Source: an uncultured Acidobacteriota bacterium
GTDB lineage: Bacteria; Acidobacteriota; Terriglobia; UBA7540
Length of the DNA: 64,000 nucleotides
Reading direction: 5' to 3'
Assembly (NCBI GenBank): GCA_963804995.1
Contig: CAWDSK010000003.1
Coordinates: 1,376,001-1,440,000, forward strand
Shown piece after piece: positions 18,003 through 28,114 of the stretch. Position 1 is the first letter of the stretch. Each line of letters begins with the position of its first letter. The notes below the pieces were generated by a model, which saw only the letters and a program-made list of their open reading frames with translations, did no database searches and had not been told where the DNA came from. Made by a program: the position numbers and the translations under genes.

Positions 18003-19146
18003 CCATCAACCGTCCAATCCGGCGATGATCATCACCTGCCCCGGCTCGGGAGCCACGCGGTTCGCGGCGTGCGCGCTCGGAATATCGCGCATATTTCTCT
18101 TCCTCGCGACCGTGGCATTTCTGCAACCGGCAATTCTCCCCGCTCAAGTGGAGACAGTGGAAGGTCCCCGTTCGGCGGCCGTCTGGTCCAGCCACGGACG
18201 CATCGAGGGTCATCTGGGTTTGAAAGCTTCGGCAGAGGCCGCGTTCTCACCGGACAGTTCCCTGCTGGCGGTGGTGAGCGAAGAGAAAGTTCTGTTGATG
18301 GACGTCAGCACGAGCGATGTCCATAAAGTTCTGAAGCCGCACTTGCCTGAAATTGAGGACCTGGAAATTCACTCCGCGAGTTTTATCGACCCCCATCAAC
18401 TATTCATGCTGGCCAACGGGGTATTCCACATTAAAGGCAAGGGGCAAAACTTCCCCACACCCTTATTGGCGTTCCAGTGGGATACCACGGACGACAAACA
18501 GATTGGGAAGCTCGATGCCGTGGGCGCCAAAGGTGGATTCACGCCCGCCCGATACTTTCCGCAGATCGGTCATCTGGCAATTTACAAGGATGGCAATTTC
18601 GATCTTTGGAATCCGCGCACGGGCCAGGGTGGCCGCGTCACCGTCCCCGACCTGACCCAAATCCCCAACATTTACGAGTTTTCTCCGGACGGCAATTGGC
18701 TGCTGCTGGCTCAGATTCAGACCAGCTCCACCGCCGACCCCACGGTGGTGGCAATGAAGGAGCACAAGTTTGTGGATTCCCTGCGCGGGCACACGGGCAC
18801 CGTGCTGAGCCTGGCTTTTTCCCGCGACAGCAAGAAAGTGGTGACCTCGTGCGAGGATGGCAAAGTGCGGGTTTTCTCCGCAGGTGATTGGAAGCTCCTC
18901 CAAACGCTCACGGGGCATCACGGCCCGGTACACTGGGCGGAGTTCTCTCCCAACGGAGAGTGGATCGCCTCAGCCGGAGAAGACCATACGGTACGCGTCT
19001 GGTCGGCGGCCGATGGATCGTTGCTCCAAACCTTGCAGGAAAGCCAGGAACCCGTGCTCACGGTTACGTTTTCGCCGGATAGCAAGTTCATCGCAGCATC
19101 CTCGGAGAACCTGGTGCACATCTGGCAGCGGCAGGGGGGAAACTGA
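17995..19146 (+). CDS. WD40-repeat secreted protein
   Basis: GHTGTVLSLAFS, GHHGPVHWAEFSPNG...DHTVRVW repeats; N-terminal hydrophobic segment. Confidence 0.85.
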   Translation: MSNHQPSNPAMIITCPGSGATRFAACALGISRIFLFLATVAFLQPAILPAQVETVEGPRSAAVWSSHGRIEGHLGLKASAEAAFSPDSSLLAVVSEEKVLLMDVSTSDVHKVLKPHLPEIEDLEIHSASFIDPHQLFMLANGVFHIKGKGQNFPTPLLAFQWDTTDDKQIGKLDAVGAKGGFTPARYFPQIGHLAIYKDGNFDLWNPRTGQGGRVTVPDLTQIPNIYEFSPDGNWLLLAQIQTSSTADPTVVAMKEHKFVDSLRGHTGTVLSLAFSRDSKKVVTSCEDGKVRVFSAGDWKLLQTLTGHHGPVHWAEFSPNGEWIASAGEDHTVRVWSAADGSLLQTLQESQEPVLTVTFSPDSKFIAASSENLVHIWQRQGGN

Positions 19147-19296
19147 GGGGGATTAAAGCTTCCACACCCGCCTTGACGGCACACAGATACGATCACCCGC
19201 AGCCGGTCGCCCGCCCCTCAACCCCAAACCTCTTCGACTTGTGATAAAATTTCTTCTGTTCAAACTATTCAGGGGCTTCGACGAAGTAGAACCCTT

Positions 19297-20724
19297 ATGC
19301 TCAAAGTTGGAATGGTGAGTCTGGGTTGTCCCAAAAATCTCGTGGACAGCGAAGTGATGCTGGGATTCCTGGCGCAGCAGGGGTACGAGCTGACGCCGCG
19401 CCCGGACCAGGCGGACGTAATTATCGTCAACACCTGCTCGTTCATCCAGCCCGCCAAGCAGGAATCCATCAACACCATTCTGGAGATGGCCGAGTACAAG
19501 AAATTCGGCAATGCCCGGAAGCTCGTCGTCGCGGGATGTCTGGTGGAGCGCTATCGGCAGGAAATCCTGAAAGAAATCCCGGAAGTGGATTTTGTAATCG
19601 GTACGAATGAGCTTGAGCGGGTGCTCGAAGCGTGCGGGGATTCAGGCGACCGGCGTTCTGCTGCCGCGCCGGCCGAGCCCTACTTGTACCATGAGTTCAC
19701 ACCGCGCGTGCTCTCCACTCCCTCTTACTCTGCGTATCTAAAGATCGCCGAAGGCTGCGACCACCCCTGTGCGTTCTGCGTGATTCCGCAGATGCGCGGG
19801 CGTTTTCGTTCGCGCCGTTTCGCTTCAGTGATTCGCGAGGCTGAGAACCTGGCGAAACAAGGCGTGCGGGAAATCGCTATTGTGGGCCAGGACACGACAA
19901 GTTACGGTGAGGATCTGGGTTTGCGCGACGGCCTGGCTTCCCTGCTGCGGGAGTTGGGCGCCATCCCCGAGCTCGTCTGGGTGCGCTTTCTTTATTGCTA
20001 TCCAAACCGGCTGACCGACGCTTTGATTGCGGCCGTGGCGGAAACCCCCAAGGTGGCCAAGTATTTCGATATTCCGCTGCAACACGCGAGCCCCGACGTC
20101 CTCAGGCTGATGCGGCGCGGCTCCAATGGCAAGCAATTCCTGCGCCTGCTGGAAAAGATTCGCACCGCGATTCCAGGCGTGGCGCTGCGCACGTCGTTCA
20201 TTGTCGGCTTCCCTGGCGAGACCGAGGACGATTTCAAAGCGCTGTTGGATTTTGTCGCGGCGGCGGAGTTTGATCATCTGGGCGTTTTCCTCTATTCCAA
20301 CGAGGAAACCAGCCGGAGTTTTGAGTTGCCGAATCAGGTGCCGCCGCAGGTGGCTCGCCGCCGGCAGAAGCAGTTGATGGCCGCGCAGCAGAAAATTTCC
20401 CGGCGCAAGCTGCGGAGGATGATTGGAGAATCCCTGCCCGTGCTGGTGGAAGGCCGCTCGGAGGAAACGGAGCTCCTCTTCCAGGCCCGCAGTGAGCGGC
20501 AAGCGCCGGGGATTGACGGTTGCATTCTCATCAATGATTTCGACGGACCTGAGCCCCAGGCAGGCGACTTTCGCTGGGCCACGATTACCGGGGCGGGCGA
20601 CTATGATCTGATAGCGCGCCTGGAAGCGCGAGTCTTTGCGGAAAAGCTGGCTGCCACAGTCCCCGTCGCGGCCCTGAGCCCGCTGGTTCAGATCCAACCG
20701 TTAGCGGCGGCGACGTTGAGCTGA
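19297..20724 (+). CDS. rimO: Ribosomal protein S12 methylthiotransferase
   Basis: SLGCPKNLVDSE, NTCSFI, KIAEGCDHPCAFCVIP, IVGFPGET, APGIDG TRAM. Confidence 0.95.
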   Translation: MLKVGMVSLGCPKNLVDSEVMLGFLAQQGYELTPRPDQADVIIVNTCSFIQPAKQESINTILEMAEYKKFGNARKLVVAGCLVERYRQEILKEIPEVDFVIGTNELERVLEACGDSGDRRSAAAPAEPYLYHEFTPRVLSTPSYSAYLKIAEGCDHPCAFCVIPQMRGRFRSRRFASVIREAENLAKQGVREIAIVGQDTTSYGEDLGLRDGLASLLRELGAIPELVWVRFLYCYPNRLTDALIAAVAETPKVAKYFDIPLQHASPDVLRLMRRGSNGKQFLRLLEKIRTAIPGVALRTSFIVGFPGETEDDFKALLDFVAAAEFDHLGVFLYSNEETSRSFELPNQVPPQVARRRQKQLMAAQQKISRRKLRRMIGESLPVLVEGRSEETELLFQARSERQAPGIDGCILINDFDGPEPQAGDFRWATITGAGDYDLIARLEARVFAEKLAATVPVAALSPLVQIQPLAAATLS

Positions 20725-20733
20725 AGTGCGCAC

Positions 20734-20931
20734 ATGCGTTGCCCGATCTGTAAGCATAGCGTGACGTGGGAGGGCAATCCGTTCCGCCCTTTTTGCAGTG
20801 AGCGCTGCAAGATGATCGATCTGGATAATTGGCTGTCCGAGCGCTACCGGGTCACGGCGCCCCTTGAAACTGAAGAGGAGGGCCCGCAAACGGAGAATTC
20901 CGAGCTTGACCTCAAGGGGGAGCGTGACTGA
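20734..20931 (+). CDS. yacG: DNA gyrase inhibitor YacG
   Basis: CPIC...RPFCSERCKMIDLDNW. Confidence 0.95.
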   Translation: MRCPICKHSVTWEGNPFRPFCSERCKMIDLDNWLSERYRVTAPLETEEEGPQTENSELDLKGERD

Positions 20932-21406
20932 ACGGCGGGCGGGGCTGGCCATCTGGATTGCAACCGCCGGGGGCGCTGGTTATTTCCCCATCGCGCCGGG
21001 AACCGCGGGATCAGCGGTGGGTGTCCTGATAGTTGTGGGCCTGGGCTTGCTGCACCTGCCCGGCGTCTGGTCGAGCGTCATTGTAGGGATCGTCGCTCTG
21101 TTCCTTTGCGCGGTGGGAGTTTGGGCAGCGGGAGAAGCGGAGAAGTTTTTCGGGCGTGTCGACCCGGGGCAAGCGGTCATTGACGAAGTTGTGGGCCAGA
21201 TGCTCACGTTTCTCTTGATGCCGCACGCCTCATGGAAATGGCTGCTGGCAGGCTTTTTGCTCTTCCGGGCCTTCGACATTGTCAAGCCCTTTCCGGCCCG
21301 GCAGGCGGAGCGATTTCCGCGCGGCTGGGGTATCATGTTGGATGATGTCGTGGCGGGCTTGTACGGTTTGGTGGTGCTTTCGGTGGCGGGATTAGTCTTC
21401 CCATGA
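20924..21406 (+). CDS. pgpA: Phosphatidylglycerophosphatase A
   Basis: APGTAGS, DPGQAVIDEVVG, FRAFDIVKP, GIMLDDVVAG. Confidence 0.95.
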   Translation: MTERRAGLAIWIATAGGAGYFPIAPGTAGSAVGVLIVVGLGLLHLPGVWSSVIVGIVALFLCAVGVWAAGEAEKFFGRVDPGQAVIDEVVGQMLTFLLMPHASWKWLLAGFLLFRAFDIVKPFPARQAERFPRGWGIMLDDVVAGLYGLVVLSVAGLVFP

Positions 21407-22483
21407 GTCTGTGGAGAAAAACGGAAAAAGCGGAAAACGCTATGGGCACAACAGGAGGGCCAGTTAAGGACCGGCCCCAGGTCGCAAGTGTCATTCCGCG
21501 TGCCGCGATACCCGGCGGAGAAATCTCCGTGCTGGGAAGTGGCTTTGCGGATAACGGCCACAGTCGGCCGCTGGTGCGCTTTGGTGATCGGCCGGGCAGC
21601 GTGTTGCTCAGTTCAGCGGGCCGGCTGATTGTGCGTGTCCCCAACGACGTGGTCAGTGAGGACCTGACCGTGCAAACCGGCTTGGGTATAAGTGCCCCCG
21701 TCCCGGTCGTCGTGGGCGTCACCATTGCTGAAAACCTGCACCCCGTCGCCAATCCCGCCCTGGACACCGCCGGCAACATCTTCACCACCTTCAGTGGCAG
21801 CCGTGGGCAGAAGGTTGCGACTTCTGTTTTCAAGGTCGATCTCAACCGCGTGACGCATCCGTTTCTGCACGACGTGATGAACGCCACGGGCCTGGCCTTC
21901 GATCGCGAGGGCTACCTCTACGTGTTCGAGCCGGATAGAGGGGGCGATCTACCGAGTGACGCCGGACGGCCAGCGCTTGAGCTACGCCGAAGGCATGGGG
22001 GTGGCGACGGGAATCGCCTTCGACGAGAAGGGGAATCTCTACCTCGGCGACCGCACCGGCACCATCTTCAAGATCGGCCAGGACCGCCAAATTTTTGTTT
22101 TCGCCACCATTGAGCCCAGCGTGGCGGCTTACCACCTGGCCTTTGGCCCTCAGGGAAATCTCTACGTGACCGGCCCCACGACTTCCAGCTTCGACCACGT
22201 GATTTGCATCTCTCCCAACGGCCAGGTTACATCCTTTTATCGAGGCCTGGGGCGGCCGCAGGGGTTGGCTTTCGACGTCGAGGGTAATCTTTATGTGACA
22301 GCATCGCTGGCAGGAAAGCGTGGCGTGGTGCGATTGACCCCCGACGCCAAGGCAGAGTTGGTGGTCTCCGGCTATGACATTGTCGGACTCGCCTTTGGCC
22401 GCCACGGCTCCATGATTCTTGCCACCCACAACTCGCTGGTCGATCTCCATGTGGGCATCGAGGGGATGCCGCTGGTGAAATAA
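21403..22483 (+). CDS. IPT/TIG + NHL/SMP-30-like beta-propeller protein (frameshift near 21930)
   Basis: IPT-like N-terminus; repeated GLAFD.EG.LYV blades continue across two frames. Confidence 0.75.
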
Positions 22484-22574
22484 TCTTCTGGCTGTCAGCA
22501 GTTAGTTTTCAGCTTAAAGACCCAACGGCATTGTGCTGGCTGATTGTTAAAGTCCGATCGCTGACTGCTCAACT

Positions 22575-23810
22575 ATGGATGCCGAAATCATCGCCGTCGG
22601 TTCGGAACTTCTGACCCCGCAACACACGGACACCAATTCACTCTACCTCACTGACAAGCTCAACAGCCTGGGGATCCTGGTCCGGTTCAAAACGATTGTC
22701 GGGGATTCGCGGCACGATCTTGGCGCAGTTCTGCGCGCGGCGCTGGCCCGCTCCCCTCTGATCCTTTTGACCGGCGGTCTGGGGCCGACCGACGACAACC
22801 TCACTCGCAACGTCGTGGCCGAAGTCCTGGGCCGCCCCCTGCACGAAGTCCCGGAAATCCGCCGGCGCATCGAAGAACGCTTTGCCCGCCTGGGCCGGAG
22901 CATGCCGGGAAACAACCTGAGGCAAGCCCAGGTGCCGGAGGGCGCGGATTGGCTGGAGAACCGGAATGGCACGGCGCCGGGAATCTGGATCGAGCATCAC
23001 GACAACATTGTGGTGCTGCTACCCGGCCCGCCGCGGGAACTGGAGCCGTTGTTTGACGCAACTTGCGTGTCGCGCCTGGCGCGTGTGTCACCGGGCGAAC
23101 GCATCAAGACGCGCGTGTACAAGGTGGTGGGCTTGCCGGAATCAGAAGTGGACCACCGCATCGCGCCCATCTATCGCGTCTACCACAACCCCGCCACCAC
23201 GATCCTGGCCTCGCTGGGCTCAATCGAAGTCCACCTGCGCGCCCGGTCCGCGAGCGATATCGAGGCCGAAGCCCGACTCTCCGAACTCGGCGACAAGATT
23301 GAGCTGGCCCTTGGCGACCACGTCTATTCGACCCAGGGTGAAAGCCTGGAAGAAGTCGTGGGCATGTACCTGGTGATGCGGCAGAAGACTGTCGCGGTGG
23401 CGGAAAGTTGCACGGGCGGATTGCTGGCGGAGCGCCTGACGCGCACCGCCGGAAGTTCCAGTTACTTCCTGGGCGGGGTCGTCTGCTACAGCAATGAGTT
23501 GAAAACGAAATTCGCAGGAGTGCCCGCCGCCTTAATCGAAGCGCACGGTGCGGTTTCACTGCCCGTGGCGCAGGCGATGGCAGAGGGCGTGCGGGCGCGC
23601 ACGGGCGCCTCGATCGGTGTAGGGATCACCGGGATCGCCGGCCCCGGCGGGGGCAGCGCTGAAAAACCCGTCGGCATGGTTTTCGTTTCACTCGCCGATG
23701 AACGTGGAACCCAGGTACGAGAGTTTCATTTTCCCGGCCCCCGCGACCGCATCCGCCAATGGGCATCGCAAATGGGATTGGAAATAATTCGCCGGAGAAT
23801 TAGAGACTGA
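22575..23810 (+). CDS. cinA: Competence/damage-inducible protein A (NMN deamidase)
   Basis: AEIIAVGSELL, TGGLGPT.D, AESCTGG, ITGIAGPGG. Confidence 0.95.
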   Translation: MDAEIIAVGSELLTPQHTDTNSLYLTDKLNSLGILVRFKTIVGDSRHDLGAVLRAALARSPLILLTGGLGPTDDNLTRNVVAEVLGRPLHEVPEIRRRIEERFARLGRSMPGNNLRQAQVPEGADWLENRNGTAPGIWIEHHDNIVVLLPGPPRELEPLFDATCVSRLARVSPGERIKTRVYKVVGLPESEVDHRIAPIYRVYHNPATTILASLGSIEVHLRARSASDIEAEARLSELGDKIELALGDHVYSTQGESLEEVVGMYLVMRQKTVAVAESCTGGLLAERLTRTAGSSSYFLGGVVCYSNELKTKFAGVPAALIEAHGAVSLPVAQAMAEGVRARTGASIGVGITGIAGPGGGSAEKPVGMVFVSLADERGTQVREFHFPGPRDRIRQWASQMGLEIIRRRIRD

Positions 23811-24359
23811 GTGCGCGCTTTCATTGCCATCGATTTGCCGGATTCTCTCCATGCCGCGCTGCGCGAGACGCAGCAGACCTTTCGCAGCGCTGCGCCGGAC
23901 GCACGCTGGACCCGGCCCGAAGGCATTCACCTTACGTTGAAGTTCCTGGGCGAAATCTCCGACGCGCAGGTGAAACAGGTCGTGGAATCGCTCGCGCAAA
24001 TCGGCAAGTTCGAACCGTTTCGCGTCGACGTACAAGGCTTTGGATTTTTTCCCCAGGCTCGCCGGGCGCGTGTGTTCTGGGTCGGGGTGGAAGCGCCGCC
24101 GGCCCTGGCGGAACTCGCGGCGCGCGTGGAACGCGAGATGGAGAAGGCCGGGTTTCCACGCGAAGACCGTGCCTTCACTCCGCATTTGACGCTGGCGCGT
24201 TTTCAAGTACCGCGCCCGCAGCCCGAACTCGAAGCGGCAGTGGCCCGCCAGGAAACTACTTCCCTGGGCGGGTTCGAAGCCTCGGAATTTTTTCTGTTTG
24301 AGAGCAAGTTATCACCGCAAGGCGCGCAGTACCGGAAGGTGATGCGCTTCCCGCGCTGA
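23811..24359 (+). CDS. thpR: RNA 2',3'-cyclic phosphodiesterase
   Basis: Two HxT motifs (HLTLKFLG, PHLTLAR). Confidence 0.93.
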   Translation: MRAFIAIDLPDSLHAALRETQQTFRSAAPDARWTRPEGIHLTLKFLGEISDAQVKQVVESLAQIGKFEPFRVDVQGFGFFPQARRARVFWVGVEAPPALAELAARVEREMEKAGFPREDRAFTPHLTLARFQVPRPQPELEAAVARQETTSLGGFEASEFFLFESKLSPQGAQYRKVMRFPR

Positions 24360-24397
24360 AACTGCGAAGCCCCGGCGCTCGACCGCCCCGAAAACCC

Positions 24398-25012
24398 ATG
24401 ACTGGCTTACTGACCACCCTGCTCGCTTATCTCCTCGGATCCATTCCCTTCGGATACTTGATTGTCCGCTGGCAAAAAGGCATCGATGTGCGCAGTACGG
24501 GCAGCGGGTCAATTGGCGCCACCAACGTGATGCGCAATCTTGGAATCATCGGCTTCATCGCTACCTTCATTCTGGATTTTGGCAAAGGCATGGGTGCGGT
24601 TTTGCTGGCATCCAGATTGACCGCGGGCGAGCCACGCTGGGTCGCCGCGGCGGCGGTCGCCGCCATCCTGGGGCATTGCTATCCCGTGTGGCTGAAGTTT
24701 CGCGGAGGAAAGGGTGTGGCAACCGGTGTAGGCGTCTTCATTGCGCTCGCACCTTTGCAAGTGGCACTCGTTCTCGTCATATTCGCCATCGTGCTGGCGA
24801 TTTGGCGGTACGTTTCCCTGGGTTCAATCATCGCCACGGCGGCGTTTCCGGTTCTACTCCATTTCATGAAACACGCGCCGTTTCCCATCGTGCTCGGCGC
24901 CGCGGGTGGCGCGCTGATCATTATTAGCCGCCACCACGCGAATATTCGCAGGCTCTTCTGTGGAACGGAGAGTAAGGTAGGAGGGAAGAAGGCAGTGGGC
25001 AGTAGGCAGTAG
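24398..25012 (+). CDS. plsY: Glycerol-3-phosphate acyltransferase
   Basis: YLLGSIPFG, GSGSIGATN, FRGGKGVAT, RHHANIRRL. Confidence 0.95.
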   Translation: MTGLLTTLLAYLLGSIPFGYLIVRWQKGIDVRSTGSGSIGATNVMRNLGIIGFIATFILDFGKGMGAVLLASRLTAGEPRWVAAAAVAAILGHCYPVWLKFRGGKGVATGVGVFIALAPLQVALVLVIFAIVLAIWRYVSLGSIIATAAFPVLLHFMKHAPFPIVLGAAGGALIIISRHHANIRRLFCGTESKVGGKKAVGSRQ

Positions 25013-25382
25013 GCAGTAGGCAGCGAGCGCTTTGTGCGAGTCCCGACAGAGTCGGGATAGGCAGCAACACCTTGGAAGGGCGGGGCTTGTGGTTTTTGAA
25101 TTCACAAGTTTTAAATTGCTCCTAAGCCCCGCGCATGTAAGTGACCCCTCATCCGGCCTCCTACGTCAGCCACCTTCTCCCCAGGGGAGAAGGCTATTAT
25201 CTGAGGGGGGTCGCGGCCACCGGCCAAATTGCAGAACCGTTCTTTGCGTAAACTGCCGGAGAACCATAGATTGAGTAACAGCCCTCTCCGAGGGGAGAGG
25301 GTGGACCGCCGCCGGCGTTTTCATCAGCCGGGGCGGGACGGGTGAGGGGTCACTTGGGAGTTCAGACCACGGACAGCTCTAT

Positions 25383-26382
25383 ATGAAACGTCTTGCCATC
25401 ATTGGCGCGGGAAACTGGGGCACGGCGCTGGCAGCGACGCTCGCCCAGCTCGGCCATAGCGTGACGCTGTGGGCGTACGAGGCTGAGGTCGTCCGAAAGC
25501 ATTCAATCCCGGCACGAAAATGAGCTCTTCATGCCGGGGAGCAGGTTGCCGGAAAGTATTTCCGCTACGGGCGATCTGGCGGAAGCCCTGGCCGGCGCGG
25601 AGATTGTGGTAACGGTGATGCCCTCCCACGTTTGCCGCACGCTCTACCAGCAGATGCTTCCGCACCTCCAGCCCGAGATGATTTTCGTAAGCGCCACCAA
25701 GGGAATTGATAACGACCGCCTGATGCGGATGAGTGAAGTCATTCGCAGCGTGGTGGAACAGAAATTCCCGCCCCGCCTGTGCGTGCTTTCCGGCCCGACC
25801 TTCGCCAAGGAAGTCATGCGTGGCGATCCCACGGCAGTGGTCGTGGCCTCGGACGATCGGGAAGCAGCTCAGACAGTGCAGCGGGAATTTTCTTCGGGCG
25901 TGCTGAGACTCTATACGTCCACCGACGTGGTGGGAGTTGAGCTGGGTGGCGCGGTGAAAAACGTAATCGCCATTGCGGCCGGAGCGGTGGAAGGATTACA
26001 GCTTGGGCACAACCCCACGGCGGCGTTGATCACGCGCGGCCTGGCGGAAATGACGCGCCTGGCGTGCGCCTGCGGGGCGAAACGCGAAACGCTGGCGGGC
26101 CTGGCCGGCATGGGCGACCTGGTGCTGACTTGCACGGGCGAATTGAGCCGCAATCGCACGGTGGGCGTGGAACTGGGAAAGGGCCGCAAGCTGGACGACA
26201 TTATCGGGTCGATGCGAATGGTGGCGGAAGGCGTAAAAACTACCGCAGCCACCGTGGCACTGGCCGCCAAGCACCAGGTGGAAATGCCCATCACCCGGCA
26301 GGTGCACCGGATTCTCGAAGGCGAACTTTCCCCGCGCGAAGCCATCCGCCAACTGATGGAGCGCTCGCTCAAAGAAGAGTAG
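25383..26382 (+). CDS. gpsA: NAD(P)H-dependent glycerol-3-phosphate dehydrogenase (frameshift near 25490-25510)
   Basis: MKRLAIIGAGNWGTALA at 25383; ATKGI, GGAVKNVIAIA, GDLVLTC...SRNR, AEGVKT in downstream frame. Confidence 0.92.
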
Positions 26383-26387
26383 CGAGC

Positions 26388-26882
26388 GTAGCGCCCCGAT
26401 GCATCGGGGCGGTTCTTCCTGACCCGAATCTATCTTGGTGAAGAAACTGGCGCGGCCGCCCGTGGTTGAGGTTTGTGGGTTTTGCAAAAGAAGAGCTGCG
26501 GACCCCAAAAACGGGGGACCGCGCTACAAAACACGTGTGCATCACGCTTGCCCTCTGCACAACACGATCAAATCCCATGAACAAAGGTAGCGCAGACCTC
26601 CGCTGTTGAGGTCTGCGGTTCTTCCTGAGATGCATCCTCCCCAATCCGAGTGCATCCCCCTGTCGTTGAGATTTGTGGTTTTCGGTAAGAAGAGCCGCAG
26701 ACCTCAACAGCGGAGGTCTGCGCTACACCCGCACTTCGTGGGCCAGGCCCGAGCATTCCGCGTGACGTTCAGCGAAAGCCAGATTCGCACGACAGGATCG
26801 GGTCCACAGGTTAACCAACGAGTGGACGTTTATCAAAATAAGAGCCGCAGAGTTTGAATGGCACAAACTCTGATGCGCTACC
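26388..26882. repeat. Cluster of GTAG-type REP palindromes
   Basis: e.g. gtagcgcagacctccgctgttgaggtctgcgg and its inverse agagccgcagacctcaacagcggaggtctgcgctac; related copy at 28062-28099. Confidence 0.85.
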
Positions 26883-26898
26883 CCGTTTATTTCGAGAC

Positions 26899-27900
26899 CT
26901 AGAAATGATAGTCGAGAATGACTTCCGCCGGGGCGGTGGAGGGCGGGGCGAAGCGCATCTTAACCGCCGCTCTTAAGGCGCCGGCTTGCAGGGGCTTGGG
27001 ACCGCTGAGAACTACCACATCCGACACTTCGCCTTTTTGGTCCACGGTAAGTTTGATTTGGAGGTCGCCTCCAAGGTCACGGGCGTCAACGGGGTACTGG
27101 GCCACTTCCGGGTGGGTGATCAGCAAATCCGGCGGCGCCTGAACCACCTTGGGGGCTAAGAACAAGATGGCATCCTTCGAATGGTCGTGGTGAATCAACT
27201 CAAAAGCGAATACCGCCCGTTTTGTACAGGGAGTTGGTTGAGGCGGGGTACAAGCAATCAAGAAGCGGGGGGATTGGATCATACGCACCGCGGCTGACGT
27301 TAGTATTCCATTGTCGCTCTTCAGCATGCGCAAGTCAGCGAGTTGTCCGTTTCTATCGATGGTGACTTCAAGAGCTACCTGCCCTTCGATCCTGCGAAGA
27401 ATAGCTTCCTGAGGGTATTCCGGCGAAAGCGGAGTCAAAACGGACTGCCAGTCTGGGTAATACTTCCACTGCTGCGCGGAGCGGTTCGTGCCAGCCAGCC
27501 CGAATTGCACCTTTACCGTTACATGGACAGGCAACTGCGGACTGGGGTCGAACTTCCATTGGCCTACGGCATCGCAAGCGGCCGCCGCCAACAATGGGTG
27601 CCCGCTCAGGGTTTTGACGGATTGGACACTGCCGTCCGCAGCCACACTGACGTCAAGTGAAACATCCCCTTGCATGCCGGTGATCATGGCCTCCGGCGGA
27701 TACACGGGGTTGACCCTTTGTTTCAAAAGCAGCCCCGCGGGCCCCGAAGTGATGAAGTGGAATTGTGGCTGCACATTTTCACTTCGGCTTTTGTCCTGGT
27801 CCGAATTCTGTCCGGCCGCCGGAGGAGCTGCGGCCAAGAGAATCAAAGCACCGCAAAACATCAGATGGGAAAGAATAGTGAGGGCCGTAGGCTTGGGCAT
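26899..27900 (-). CDS. Energy transducer TonB family protein with three TonB-C domains
   Basis: Three YP..A....G.V...V units (YPPEA, YPQEA, YPVDA); N-terminal signal/TM; GGAGG RBS. Confidence 0.85.
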   Translation of the reverse strand: MPKPTALTILSHLMFCGALILLAAAPPAAGQNSDQDKSRSENVQPQFHFITSGPAGLLLKQRVNPVYPPEAMITGMQGDVSLDVSVAADGSVQSVKTLSGHPLLAAAACDAVGQWKFDPSPQLPVHVTVKVQFGLAGTNRSAQQWKYYPDWQSVLTPLSPEYPQEAILRRIEGQVALEVTIDRNGQLADLRMLKSDNGILTSAAVRMIQSPRFLIACTPPQPTPCTKRAVFAFELIHHDHSKDAILFLAPKVVQAPPDLLITHPEVAQYPVDARDLGGDLQIKLTVDQKGEVSDVVVLSGPKPLQAGALRAAVKMRFAPPSTAPAEVILDYHF

Positions 27901-28114
27901 GTCCACCTCCGCAAGACCATTGGAACCATTATAGCTTGCCTTATTCGAGGTGCAATCTAAAGGTTGCTTGAACACTGAAGGACTGTGGGCTGCCACGGGC
28001 CTCTACACTAAACATGCTTCGGGTGGCTCATCATCCGGCAAGCCGGCCCATTTCTGTAAATGAAGAACCGCGGACCCCAAAAACGGGGGTCCGCGCTACA
28101 AGACATGTTCCCCT

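Noticed and set aside
19297..20724. Second RiPP-type radical SAM
   Set aside because: Clear RimO methylthiotransferase signatures; housekeeping
24990..25352. Heptamer ggcagta run and ccctctcc...ggagaggg / gggtgagggg hairpins (also ~3290-3425, 11680-11760, 12810-12950, 34650-34725)
   Set aside because: Recurring intergenic repeat types with no associated gene here; treated as background repeats
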